From the NCBI GenBank assembly GCA_002297045.1, contig DBJE01000013.1:127791-191790 (forward strand): a DNA stretch of 64,000 nt, given 5' to 3'. Shown one piece after another: positions 20,776-29,604 of the stretch. The notes below the pieces were generated by a model. It saw only the letters and a program-made list of their open reading frames with translations. It was not told the origin of the DNA and searched no databases. Origin of the DNA: Bacillales bacterium UBA784 (GTDB lineage: Bacteria > Bacillota_I > Bacilli_A > RFN20 > CAG-288). Every line of letters begins with the position of its first letter. Position 1 is the first letter of the stretch. The position numbers and the translations under genes are program-made.

Positions 20776-21240
20776 TTAATACCGGTAAGTGACGTTCCTT
20801 GTGTCCCAGTTTGCAATGTGATTGATTTTGTTTCCTAGGAATCTGGCATATGCGGATATATTAATGGATGCGACTCGGCCGGTTGATGCCCATGATGTTC
20901 CAAACGAGAGCCTTTGATTATTAAAAGTTGATCCGAAAAACCAATAGCGACTCACTTTCCAGCTGACAGCATGATTGGCAGAATCGTATGTTGTATGGAT
21001 TGTCGGGCCTGCATCTGTCTCAAAAGAAATGCCGATATTCGCACTGGCTGAAGACCCAAGGTTTAGACTTGCGTTTACGCTTTTTGCACGTTTTGTGTCT
21101 TTTGGAGAATAATCTATGATATTGTCAGATGTATAACAAAGCTGATTCTTGATTTCCATCAAATCACAATTTCCAGTTGTTTCACACTTATTATTTACCG
21201 CAGTCGCATTTGTTTTTAAGGCAAAGTAGGGGAGTAGCAT
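20776..21240 (-). CDS. Hypothetical Cys-containing beta-rich protein, possibly 5'-truncated
   Basis: The track ORF 20776..21498 has no plausible start for its hydrophobic N-terminal part and runs into the IS remnant. The first ATG is at 21240. No family recognised. Confidence 0.35.
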   Translation of the reverse strand: MLLPYFALKTNATAVNNKCETTGNCDLMEIKNQLCYTSDNIIDYSPKDTKRAKSVNASLNLGSSASANIGISFETDAGPTIHTTYDSANHAVSWKVSRYWFFGSTFNNQRLSFGTSWASTGRVASINISAYARFLGNKINHIANWDTRNVTYRY

Positions 21241-21475
21241 AAAGTTTGTGTAAGGAGGGCAGGACAACGATAGTGAATTTTCTTGGATGCCCTCATTCAC
21301 AGGAAGCTGGGGTTTCCTGGAGGGTGTGCATGGCAAAGCGATGAGAGGAAGAGAGGCCGAAAATCCTAATAGAATAGTCGGGAGGAATGGCAGACAACCT
21401 GTACGCGAGAGTCTTCTCCGCTGACGGACCGGTACGCCTCGGAGTTCAGACTCTTTGGTGGAAAGCCCATAGGCC

Positions 21476-21770
21476 TTTCCTCGATGATATCCCCGCATCC
21501 CGACTTTGCACAGATAGGGGATATGATGATGAACGCATTCAGAGGAAGGGAGCCGGAGAAATCCTGGCGGGATTCTTGATGGTCCAGTCGATGGCGTGGA
21601 AAGGCAACTGCCGTAATAACCTCATCATGGAGAACTTCTTCGGACGGCTGAAGGTCGAGATATTTACGGCGAGGAGGAACCCTATCCGGACTACGGCAGT
21701 CGGAAGAAAGCCATCGAGGACAATATCCCTTAGTACAACTTTGACTAGCTGAAAGAGTATCTTCATTGAA
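21476..21770 (+). pseudogene. IS3-family transposase remnant (C-terminal part of the DDE/integrase domain)
   Basis: CTD-GYDDE ... VQSMAWKGNCRNNLIMENFFGRLKVEIF matches the IS3 pattern SMSRKGNC-DNA-(M/I)ESFFG-LK-E. The tail (KKAIEDNIP*YNFD*LKE) is frameshifted and contains stops. The N-terminal two thirds are missing. Confidence 0.75.
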
Positions 21771-21861
21771 AACAGCCTTTGGAGTCTCTTTCCAATTTAG
21801 GTACTATTTGATAACATTTCCCTTATCGGTCCGGATTTTCGGGCACGGAACATATCCGAGA

Positions 21862-21895
21862 AACAAAAAGCCGGAAGACGCAGAGCGTCTTCCGG
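21862..21895 (-). terminator. Rho-independent terminator after nrdD
   Basis: Perfect 11-bp stem CCGGAAGACGC / GCGTCTTCCGG (21871-21895), followed on the minus strand by a T-run (A-run 21865-21869 on plus). Confidence 0.9.
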
Positions 21896-21902
21896 TGTTC
21901 TT

Positions 21903-24308
21903 CTATTTTCCTTTAGAGTGAAGATAGCCGCTGATTTCCGAGACGGTCTTAAACTGATGGAGTCCGTCTTTTTCCTGGATTAGGAGGGTAGGGGCAATCT
22001 GGATGTGATGTTCTTTGGCAAACTCGAGTCCACCTTGGTCGGCGACAATCAAATCATAGTCGATTCCTGCCTGGGCGAGGAGTCTTTTCGCCACTTTGCA
22101 GTTCGGGCAGGTCGAAGTAGTGACTAGAATTGGTTTTGCCGCCTTTATCGATGGGGTGCTATTTTTTTCACCGAGAGACACTGCCGTTGAGGGAATATCC
22201 TTATTTGGCGTTTCCTTTCCGAAAAGCTCGTCCGGTTTATAAGTTTTTCTCGTCCTGAATTCACTTGCCTTCCCGTCATTCCAGTTTTTCACCGGACGGT
22301 AGTAGCCGGTGATACGGGAATAGACTTCCGCTTCCTTGTGACAGATCGGACATTCGAAGTGCTCTCCGGCAAGATAGCCATGCTCCGGACAGACGGAATA
22401 GGTCGGAGAAAGGGTGAAGTAAGGAAGCTTGAAGTTGTAGGCAATCTTCTTGACAAGGCTTGCCGCAGAGTGCCAGTCAGGCAGACGCTCCCCTAAAAAG
22501 GCATGGAAGACAGTTCCGGAGGTATAGAGGACCTGGAGGTTGTCCTCCCTCTCTAAGGCCTTAAAGGGATCATCCGTATAGCCGACAGGGAGATGGGAGG
22601 AGTTGGTATAAAAGGGAGCATTCCCCTTCTTTGCTGCGGTGATGATATCGGGGAAGTCCTTGACGTCGTGTTTGGCAAAGCGGTAAGTGGTGGATTCTGC
22701 CGGTGTCGCTTCCAGATTGAAGAGTGCATCGTACTTTTCCTGGTAGTCTGAAAGCTTAGAGCGCCTGTGGGTAAGAATCTCAGCGGCCAGGGCATTTCCC
22801 TGTTCTGTGGTCAGATCCCCGCCTTTGAACCAATGGGCGTTTAAAAGAGCCTCGTTCCTGCCGACCAGACCGATTGTGGAGAAGTGGTTCTTGAAGGTTC
22901 CAAGATAGCGTTTTGTATAAGGATACCTCCCTTGGTTCCTAAGTTTAGTGATGACCTTCCGTTTGATGTCAAGTGAGCGTGCGGCGATATCCCTGTATTT
23001 GTCTAGCCTTCTATAGAAGTCTTCTTTGTCCTTGCTTAGATAGGCGATGCGGGGAAGATTGAGGGTGACAACACCGATGGAACCGGTGGATTCCCCGGAA
23101 CCGAAGTATCCTCCGCCTTTTTTGCGGAGCTCACGGAGATCAAGCCGCAGACGGCAGCACCTCGAGCGGACATCGCTCGGCTTCCTGTCAGAGTTGATGT
23201 AGTTAGAGAAGTAGGGGGTTCCATACTTTGCGGTCCTTTCAAAGAGCAGGCGGTTGTTCTCATTGTCCGACCAGTCAAAGTCCTTGGTGATGGAATAGGT
23301 CGGAATCGGATACTGGAATCCTCTTCCGTTGGCATCTCCCTCAATCCTGATTTCGATAAAGGCCTTATTGACCCTGTCCCTTTCCTTCTTGCAGTCCCCA
23401 TAGGTGAAATTCTGCTCTTTTCCTCCGACGATGGCCGGGACGTTTTTCCTGTCCTCCGGAACGGTCCAGTCTAAGGTGACATTGGAGAAAGGAGCCTGGG
23501 TTCCCCATCTTGAGGGAGTATTTACGCCATAAATGAAGGACTGGATACACTGCTTGACTTCCTTATAACTGAGGTTATCGATTCTGACAAACGGAGCCAA
23601 ATAGGTATCAAAGGAGGAAAAGGCCTGTGCCCCTGCCCATTCGTTCTGCCTGATGCCAAGGAAGTTGACCATCTGGCTGCAGAGGGTGGAAAGATGCTTG
23701 GCCGGGGCCGAGGTAATCCGGCCGACCACTCCGCCAAGGCCGTCCTTGATGAGCTGCTTTAGCGACCAGCCTGCACAGTATCCGGAAAGCATCGACAGGT
23801 CGTGAAGGTGGAAGAAGCACTGCTTATGGGCATCGGAAATCTCTTTATCATAGATTTCACTTAGCCAGTAGTTTGCCGTGATGGCGCCGGAATTAGACAG
23901 GATAAGCCCGCCAAGACTCCTCGTCACGGTAGAGTTCTCCTTCACCCGCCAGTCCTTTTCCGTTCCAATATAGCCGTCGACCAGTTTCTTGTAGTCGATG
24001 AGGGTGTTCTCGGCATCGCGGACCTTCTCATGCTGATTCCGGTAAAGAATATAAGCTTTGGCAGTCTTGGCATAATTGCACTGCCTTAAGGCTTTCTCGA
24101 CTTCGTCCTGAATTTCTTCGACCGAGGCTATCTTCCTGTTCTTGGCATTCCTGGATGCCTCGACGATAAGCTCGATTGCTCTTGCCATCGTGGAGACGTC
24201 CCGTGCCGGAATTTCCCCAGTGGCAATAAATGCCTTTGCCACGGCGTTTTCGATTTTTTCTGCTTCAAAGGCGACCTTTTCGCCGTTCCGTTTAATAATG
24301 CTTTCCAT
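21903..24308 (-). CDS. nrdD: Anaerobic ribonucleoside-triphosphate reductase (class III) with a C-terminal glutaredoxin/NrdH-like domain
   Basis: N-terminal ATP-cone (IIKRNGEKV.F..EKI), S-(AGG)-CCRLRLD, Zn site CPEHG...CPIC, glycyl-radical motif RITGYYRPV (Gly codon 22305-22307). An extra ~85 aa follow, with CPNC (22098-22109) in a thioredoxin-fold context. Confidence 0.93.
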   Translation of the reverse strand: MESIIKRNGEKVAFEAEKIENAVAKAFIATGEIPARDVSTMARAIELIVEASRNAKNRKIASVEEIQDEVEKALRQCNYAKTAKAYILYRNQHEKVRDAENTLIDYKKLVDGYIGTEKDWRVKENSTVTRSLGGLILSNSGAITANYWLSEIYDKEISDAHKQCFFHLHDLSMLSGYCAGWSLKQLIKDGLGGVVGRITSAPAKHLSTLCSQMVNFLGIRQNEWAGAQAFSSFDTYLAPFVRIDNLSYKEVKQCIQSFIYGVNTPSRWGTQAPFSNVTLDWTVPEDRKNVPAIVGGKEQNFTYGDCKKERDRVNKAFIEIRIEGDANGRGFQYPIPTYSITKDFDWSDNENNRLLFERTAKYGTPYFSNYINSDRKPSDVRSRCCRLRLDLRELRKKGGGYFGSGESTGSIGVVTLNLPRIAYLSKDKEDFYRRLDKYRDIAARSLDIKRKVITKLRNQGRYPYTKRYLGTFKNHFSTIGLVGRNEALLNAHWFKGGDLTTEQGNALAAEILTHRRSKLSDYQEKYDALFNLEATPAESTTYRFAKHDVKDFPDIITAAKKGNAPFYTNSSHLPVGYTDDPFKALEREDNLQVLYTSGTVFHAFLGERLPDWHSAASLVKKIAYNFKLPYFTLSPTYSVCPEHGYLAGEHFECPICHKEAEVYSRITGYYRPVKNWNDGKASEFRTRKTYKPDELFGKETPNKDIPSTAVSLGEKNSTPSIKAAKPILVTTSTCPNCKVAKRLLAQAGIDYDLIVADQGGLEFAKEHHIQIAPTLLIQEKDGLHQFKTVSEISGYLHSKGK

Positions 24309-24334
24309 TCTTCTTTCCCCATTGTCTTCTTCCC

Positions 24335-24856
24335 TTATAGACCATAATTTAGCGAGGATAATTCGGTGGCCTGTCCGTCTTTTAGTGATTTCTTTAAATC
24401 AATCAGACGTTGGTTGACTGACCCCCGGAAAAGGCAGGACTCGCTTCGCTTTTCCCTGATAAAGGGACCATCCACGAGAACGTCAAGGTAGGATAGGACT
24501 TCCTTCGCCTTCCCTCCTGCCTTACCGTCCCTGATTTGTTCATACGTCCATCCGGTGTAGCACCAGAGGGACACTTTTTCTTTTTTCAGCTCCTTTGCGA
24601 TTTCCAGCAGGGCATCTGCCTGATAGAAGGGATCGCCGCCGGAGAAAGTCACTCCATCGATGTATTTGGTTGTGCGGATATCTTCAAGAAGCTTTTCGAC
24701 GCTGACGATGTTTCCTTTATCCCTCGGCCATGTCTCCCTATTGTGACAGCCCTTACAATGATGAAGGCAGCCTTGAAAAAAGATGGTATACCGGATGCCT
24801 GGACCATTAACCGAAGAGTGCCGTTCGATTCCGGCAAGGCGGATAGTTTTTTCCAT
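24335..24856 (-). CDS. nrdG: Anaerobic RNR activating protein (radical SAM)
   Basis: CLHHCKGCHN radical-SAM cluster motif and GVTFSGGDP. ATG 24856 is preceded by GGGAGG and preferred over track start 24919. Confidence 0.9.
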   Translation of the reverse strand: MEKTIRLAGIERHSSVNGPGIRYTIFFQGCLHHCKGCHNRETWPRDKGNIVSVEKLLEDIRTTKYIDGVTFSGGDPFYQADALLEIAKELKKEKVSLWCYTGWTYEQIRDGKAGGKAKEVLSYLDVLVDGPFIREKRSESCLFRGSVNQRLIDLKKSLKDGQATELSSLNYGL

Positions 24857-25168
24857 GTCTGACGCCTCCCGGAACGATTGACTAAGTACTATTCTGTGGC
24901 TCTGCGGAAGATTAGTCAATGAATATTTTTTAGGAAAAAACTAGGATTAAAAGAAAGAAAAAGAAACAATCCTACAAAGGAAAACAGGTTGAAGAAAACA
25001 AAAGAATGGTTTCCTTAGGCGTAATCAAAACAATGTGAAAAAATTTTCAATTTTGTTTTTGTAAGAAAACAATGTTGAATCTAATTTCTTATAAAATTTT
25101 TTCTGTTTTTTTCCTGTCTTTGGTATACCGCTTTCATAATAGACAGAGGAATGAAAAAATGTCCAGAA

Positions 25169-25198
25169 GAAAAAACTCTCCCGGTTTTTCCGGGAGAG
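25169..25198 (-). terminator. Terminator after the metal ABC importer operon
   Basis: Perfect 9-bp stem CTCTCCCGG / CCGGGAGAG (25176-25198) followed by a T-run on the minus strand. Confidence 0.85.
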
Positions 25199-25201
25199 CG
25201 C

Positions 25202-26026
25202 TTAGTTTTTGTTTGTCCGTCTCTTTCTTTTTCCGATTAGTGTGAGGAGGGCATGGATTAGGAAGACAAGAAGGAGGATGCAGACCGATAGAGTGACGAT
25301 GGTCGCCCCGGGTTTAAGGTTGAGATAATAGGCTGCGGTTAGGCCGAGCACCATGGATGCGATAGAGAAAACGACAGAGAGGATTAATGTCCATTTATAT
25401 CCTTTCTTGAACTGAAGGGCTATGGCGGTGGGGAGGACGACGAGCGAGGAGACGACGAGGCTTCCGACAATCTTGCTACCTACCGCGATAGTAATGCTGA
25501 GAAGAAGATCCCTGGTAAAGGAGACAAGGGAGACTTTTATGCCGTTCACTTTGCTCTCGCTTTCACTATAGAGGACGGAGAAAATCTGAGGGTAGAAGAT
25601 GATGGAGAGAAGGACCACGACAAGAGTAAGGATAATGGTGAAGATGAGTTCCCCGTTTGTAATGAGAAGGATGGATCCGAAGAGATAGGAATCGAAGTTT
25701 GCGGCTTTCGTATAACTTGACAATATTCCGGCTAGACCGATTGCCCCGCTTAGTACGATGGCGACACCCCTCTCTGCGTATTTGCTGAACTTCTTCCGCC
25801 TCAGATCGATGATGAAGAAGGAAACAATACAGGCAATGACTGCTCCGATCCTAGGAGAGAAACCGGCGGCAAGTCCGATGGCTACTCCGGCCAAGGAGGA
25901 ATGGGCCAAGGCATCCCCTGAGGAAGAAAGACGTTTGAAGACGGCGGTCGATCCGACTAAAGGGAGCAAGATTCCAAGAAAGATTGCAGCGACTAGGGCA
26001 ATCCGCCTGAAACTATAGGTCAACAT
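25202..26026 (-). CDS. Metal (Zn/Mn-type) ABC importer permease (ZnuB/TroC-like)
   Basis: 274 aa, ~8 TM, ABC-3 family pattern. Third gene of the SBP-ATPase-permease operon. Confidence 0.85.
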   Translation of the reverse strand: MLTYSFRRIALVAAIFLGILLPLVGSTAVFKRLSSSGDALAHSSLAGVAIGLAAGFSPRIGAVIACIVSFFIIDLRRKKFSKYAERGVAIVLSGAIGLAGILSSYTKAANFDSYLFGSILLITNGELIFTIILTLVVVLLSIIFYPQIFSVLYSESESKVNGIKVSLVSFTRDLLLSITIAVGSKIVGSLVVSSLVVLPTAIALQFKKGYKWTLILSVVFSIASMVLGLTAAYYLNLKPGATIVTLSVCILLLVFLIHALLTLIGKRKRRTNKN

Positions 26027-26672
26027 GGTGATGGCCTCTCTTTAGTTCGTCCTGGTAAGGCATCCTCTTCCCCTGTTCGATGAAGTAGATCCGGTCTGCC
26101 CTTTTGAGATCTTCAGGGTGATGGGAGACAAAAAGGATGGATTTTTTCTTTTCGTGTAGCTTATCGATTGATTCAATCAGGCTTTCATGGGATAAGTCGT
26201 CCCTTCCCGCATCCGGCTCATCAAGGACGATGAGGTCCGGATCCTTGACTAGGGCTTTGGCAATCTTCACTCTCTGCTGCTGTCCCCCGGAAAGCTCGTT
26301 TATCCTACGCTTCTTGAGAGGGATAAGATTAAATTCCTCAAGAATCTTTTCCACTTTTTCCTTTCTTTCCTTAAAACGGAAAGAAGGAAGGGCTCCAACC
26401 AAGCCTAAAGAAACAATTTCCTCCACAGTGGCAGGAAAGGAACTGTCGGAAAGAGATGTTGTCTGGGCAATATAGCTGACCTTTTTTGCTTCTAAGGTCA
26501 CTTTCCCGCTGACTGGCTTAAGAAGCCCAAGGCAAAGCTTGAGGAAAGTTGATTTTCCTCCTCCGTTCGGTCCTAAAATACCGACGAAATCCCCCTCTTT
26601 CCTATCAAAACTGACATCGTTCAGCACTTTGACGTCGGAATAGGAAAAGTAAACGTGTTCAAAAGTAATCAC
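26013..26672 (-). CDS. Metal ABC importer ATPase (ZnuC-like)
   Basis: Walker A GPNGGGKST, signature LSGGQQQRV, Walker B LIVLDEPDAG. Confidence 0.9.
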   Translation of the reverse strand: MITFEHVYFSYSDVKVLNDVSFDRKEGDFVGILGPNGGGKSTFLKLCLGLLKPVSGKVTLEAKKVSYIAQTTSLSDSSFPATVEEIVSLGLVGALPSFRFKERKEKVEKILEEFNLIPLKKRRINELSGGQQQRVKIAKALVKDPDLIVLDEPDAGRDDLSHESLIESIDKLHEKKKSILFVSHHPEDLKRADRIYFIEQGKRMPYQDELKRGHHHVDL

Positions 26673-27547
26673 TGATTCTCCTTCTTTTCAGTATCTGCCG
26701 CTACAATCTTGTTCAGGTTGTCTTCCCTGACGGAGATGTAGTCCTCAGTATTTTCCTCTTCTTTGCTTAAACCTTCAAGAGGATTAAGCGTTTCCGTCTT
26801 CACTCCTGTCTCTTTTTTGATGGCATCGGCAATGTCCGGTCCGACGGCATCCTCATAGAAAATCGTTGTGATGTGATAGGTGTTCACTGCATCGATGATT
26901 TTCTCCCTGTCCTTGGCAGTAGGAGTTGCATCCGGCTCAAGTCCGGAAACATAAATCTGCGTCATTCCATAATCATGGCAGAGGTATCCAAAGGCAGCGT
27001 GAGAGACCACAATATACTTATTGTTCAGTTTTGCGGTCTTTTCCTGATAATCCTGGTCGAGCTTATCGAATTTGGCAATGGCAGTATCGTAGTTCTTTTT
27101 GAAGTAATCCGCATTTTCTTTATCCCTTTCGCAGACAAGGTCAAGGATGTTCTTCCTCTCCTTTTTGGCGTTCTTGACGGAAAGCCAGACGTGGGGGTCA
27201 AGAGTATTGTTGACATTCCTTGTCTCGATTCCTTCTGTGACGAGGTGTGCCTTGCTCTTGTACTCTTTAGGAAGAGAATCGCTCCATTTGTCGAGCCCTA
27301 ACCCATTGAGAAGAAGAAGCGGACTATCTTTCCTTTCGGCAATCTGTTTGGCCGTTGGCTCATAGTCATGCGGTTCCTGTCCATAGGGGGTTAGATTCTC
27401 AACCTGATATTTGTCTCCGACAATCTTTTTGGTGAAGTCATAGATAGTATAGAAAGAGGTATAGATGGTGTTTTCCGCTGTATGCTTATTCCCGCAGGAA
27501 AAAAGAGCAAGAAGCGAAAAGACGACGGCTGATTTTCCTAATTTCAT
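26669..27547 (-). CDS. Metal-binding ABC substrate-binding lipoprotein (ZnuA/AdcA/TroA cluster-9 family)
   Basis: Signal peptide with lipobox LFSCGN, conserved HDYEP and DPHVWLS metal-ligand motifs. GGAGGA RBS. Confidence 0.88.
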   Translation of the reverse strand: MKLGKSAVVFSLLALFSCGNKHTAENTIYTSFYTIYDFTKKIVGDKYQVENLTPYGQEPHDYEPTAKQIAERKDSPLLLLNGLGLDKWSDSLPKEYKSKAHLVTEGIETRNVNNTLDPHVWLSVKNAKKERKNILDLVCERDKENADYFKKNYDTAIAKFDKLDQDYQEKTAKLNNKYIVVSHAAFGYLCHDYGMTQIYVSGLEPDATPTAKDREKIIDAVNTYHITTIFYEDAVGPDIADAIKKETGVKTETLNPLEGLSKEEENTEDYISVREDNLNKIVAADTEKKENQ

Positions 27548-27584
27548 TCTGCAATCCTCCGATTTTCTTTTTTAAAATGCAAAT

Positions 27585-27597
27585 GCAAATCATTTGC
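27585..27597. promoter_or_regulatory. Candidate Zur/Fur-type operator in the divergent znuA-like / fur-like intergenic region
   Basis: Perfect 6-1-6 palindrome GCAAAT-C-ATTTGC in an AT-rich context (aaaTGCAAATCATTTGCGttt). It lies 38-50 nt upstream of the znuA-like ATG. Confidence 0.55.
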
Positions 27598-27658
27598 GTT
27601 TCATAATATACTCCCCTCCCCTTGATTTGTAAAGCGGAAAGATAGAAAATAGGAACAA

Positions 27659-28075
27659 ATGAAGAACGCGACATTTGAATCCCTTGGGATAAAGACGACG
27701 AAACATAGTCTTGCTATCTATGACTACCTAAGAAAAAAAGACTTCCCTGTTACGGCAAAGGAGATTTTTTCTTCGCTAAGGAAGAGTGGAATCGATTTGT
27801 CCACCATCTATCGCACCTTAAAGACATTCCAGGACTGTGGGCTAGTCAAAAAGGAAGTCAACGAAAAAAAGGAGAATGTCTTTTCTTTAGTCAAGGATGA
27901 AGATAATCATATTCTTGTCTGTACGAAGTGTCATAAGCGAGTCCTTCTCCACGGATGCCCTTACCATGAAGTGAATGAACAGATTGAGAAAGAGACCGGA
28001 TTTCTTGTCAACGACCAGAACACGGAAATCTATGGACTCTGCCCTGACTGCCAGAAAAAGCTGAAACGGAAATAA
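27659..28075 (+). CDS. Fur-family metalloregulator (Zur-like by context)
   Basis: 138 aa with an N-terminal winged helix, structural Zn motifs CTKCHK and CPDC, and HGCPYHE. Divergent from the metal importer operon. Confidence 0.8.
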   Translation: MKNATFESLGIKTTKHSLAIYDYLRKKDFPVTAKEIFSSLRKSGIDLSTIYRTLKTFQDCGLVKKEVNEKKENVFSLVKDEDNHILVCTKCHKRVLLHGCPYHEVNEQIEKETGFLVNDQNTEIYGLCPDCQKKLKRK

Positions 28076-28287
28076 CTGGATCCGATTTACCGATAAACGA
28101 CTGGCAGAAGCGGACAGGGGTTCCCTTTCTTCCTCTTAGGTTGACATAATTTTGGTTTATGAAATTTCAAAGGAGCAGGGACTTTTAAACCATGGATGAA
28201 AAAAGGTCATAGGCTTTCTCTTCTAGAGATAGTTCCCTGGCCATTTTTCTTTCCTTTGGATTCTGTCCTTTTTCGAGGAAGAGAAAT

Positions 28288-28812
28288 CTATCTGACGGCC
28301 TCTAAGATCGGCTTTAGGGAATCAAAATCGACAAAGTCTACTTTTTTTCCGTAGCTTTCCCTCAGCCCTTTGTCCTCCTGTTTCAGGCATTCAGCCGGCT
28401 TGTTTTTCAGGGAATTATAGACAATCTTCATCCTGGCCTTGTGAAGAAAATTTAATTTGCTGTAATCGATTCCTCCTCTAAGGTGAAAATAGGATGAATT
28501 CTTTAATAGTTGCTTTGGGACCTGGTTTTGCACAAGATTTCTGATCTTGTCAATATTTTCCTTATCTGATACATCTGCCAATCCTACCGTGGCGATAATC
28601 AGCTTTGTATCCGGAGATACCTTTTTCAGTGTCTTCTTTAGCCCTTTGATGCTCCTTGCATAGAGGGCGCCAAAATAAACGATTTGATTGTAACCGGACA
28701 AGGCTTTTGCTTCTTTATAGCTAACAATAGGAAAATGGGTCGTTTCGGCGAATTTTTCCGCATATCGTTTCGTCGTCCCATATTGGCTTCCATAGATGAT
28801 TAAAGTATTCAT
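28288..28812 (-). CDS. Flavodoxin-domain protein
   Basis: MNTLIIYGSQYGTTKRYAE FMN-binding P-loop-like start. ATG 28812 is preceded by GGAGGA and preferred over track start 28827. Confidence 0.7.
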   Translation of the reverse strand: MNTLIIYGSQYGTTKRYAEKFAETTHFPIVSYKEAKALSGYNQIVYFGALYARSIKGLKKTLKKVSPDTKLIIATVGLADVSDKENIDKIRNLVQNQVPKQLLKNSSYFHLRGGIDYSKLNFLHKARMKIVYNSLKNKPAECLKQEDKGLRESYGKKVDFVDFDSLKPILEAVR

Positions 28813-29217
28813 TTGTCGTTCCTCCAAGAACTTGACTATTGAATCGGAAAGAGAAAGGGCGGAGTAAGGAAAGTAGGAATCTATTCCGCGAAAGTAGGAA
28901 ATAAGCCTTCCCTAAAAATCTTATCATTCATCATGTAAAGAAGACAAGACACAGGGATAAAAATGAAAGGATAGGCAAGGGAGTATCTAAGATTCTCATC
29001 TTTTGTCTAGCCTCTCTGGCCTTTTCTTCTCTAATCTTTCAGATTGGGCAAGAAAAAAGCTATGACTTATCCGGCTTTGTCGGCTAAAGCCGGACTTTGA
29101 CGATTCGCCCTAGGACGTTAGTCCGGGATATGCCTAAAAGCAAACTCTCCGATTTTCTATAGCTTAACCATAAAATTCTGTTTAGGAAAAGAAAAACGGT
29201 TTTTTATCTTTTCTAAT

Positions 29218-29252
29218 AAGAAAACGCCTCCTTTCTTACCAAAAGGAGGCGG
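29218..29252 (-). terminator. Terminator after hypA
   Basis: CGCCTCCTTT (29225-29234) pairs with AAAGGAGGCG (29242-29251), followed by a T-run on the minus strand. Confidence 0.85.
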
Positions 29253-29256
29253 ATTG

Positions 29257-29604
29257 CTACTCAACTTCGATATTCTTAATACTCGCTTCGTTTCCGCTGA
29301 CTAAGTAAGTGTCCTTACTATGACAGTATGGGCATTCTCTTCCTGATTCGGTGGTGGAATAGGTTTTCTTGCAATTATTGCAGTAACTAATTGCCTTAAT
29401 GACCTCTAAGGAAAGGGCACAGCCTTTCCTATAGGTGGAACGGTTGTCTACCGCCCATTTCCAGCAGTCTTCCCTATAGGAAGGGACAATTCCGGAAACT
29501 TCCCCGATTTCAAGAGTCACCTTCGTCACTCTCTTGACGTTGTTCTCCTTGGCAATCTTGTCCACTTCCTTGATGATATGGAAGACAATGCCTAGCTCAT
29601 GCAT
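29257..29604 (-). CDS. hypA: Nickel-insertion metallochaperone HypA
   Basis: Begins MHELGI (conserved MHE Ni site) and has the Zn site CNNC...CPYC. 115 aa. ATG 29604 overlaps the upstream gene's stop by 8 nt. The track ORF extension to 29808 is an overlap artefact. Confidence 0.88.
   Translation of the reverse strand: MHELGIVFHIIKEVDKIAKENNVKRVTKVTLEIGEVSGIVPSYREDCWKWAVDNRSTYRKGCALSLEVIKAISYCNNCKKTYSTTESGRECPYCHSKDTYLVSGNEASIKNIEVE

Noticed and set aside
25027-25077. Direct repeat AAAACAATGTG / AAAACAATGTTG upstream of nrdG, considered as NrdR boxes
   Set aside because: The repeats are direct rather than palindromic. They are spaced ~39 bp apart rather than the ~31-32 bp of paired NrdR boxes, and match the NrdR consensus only weakly. 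This is not enough to call.
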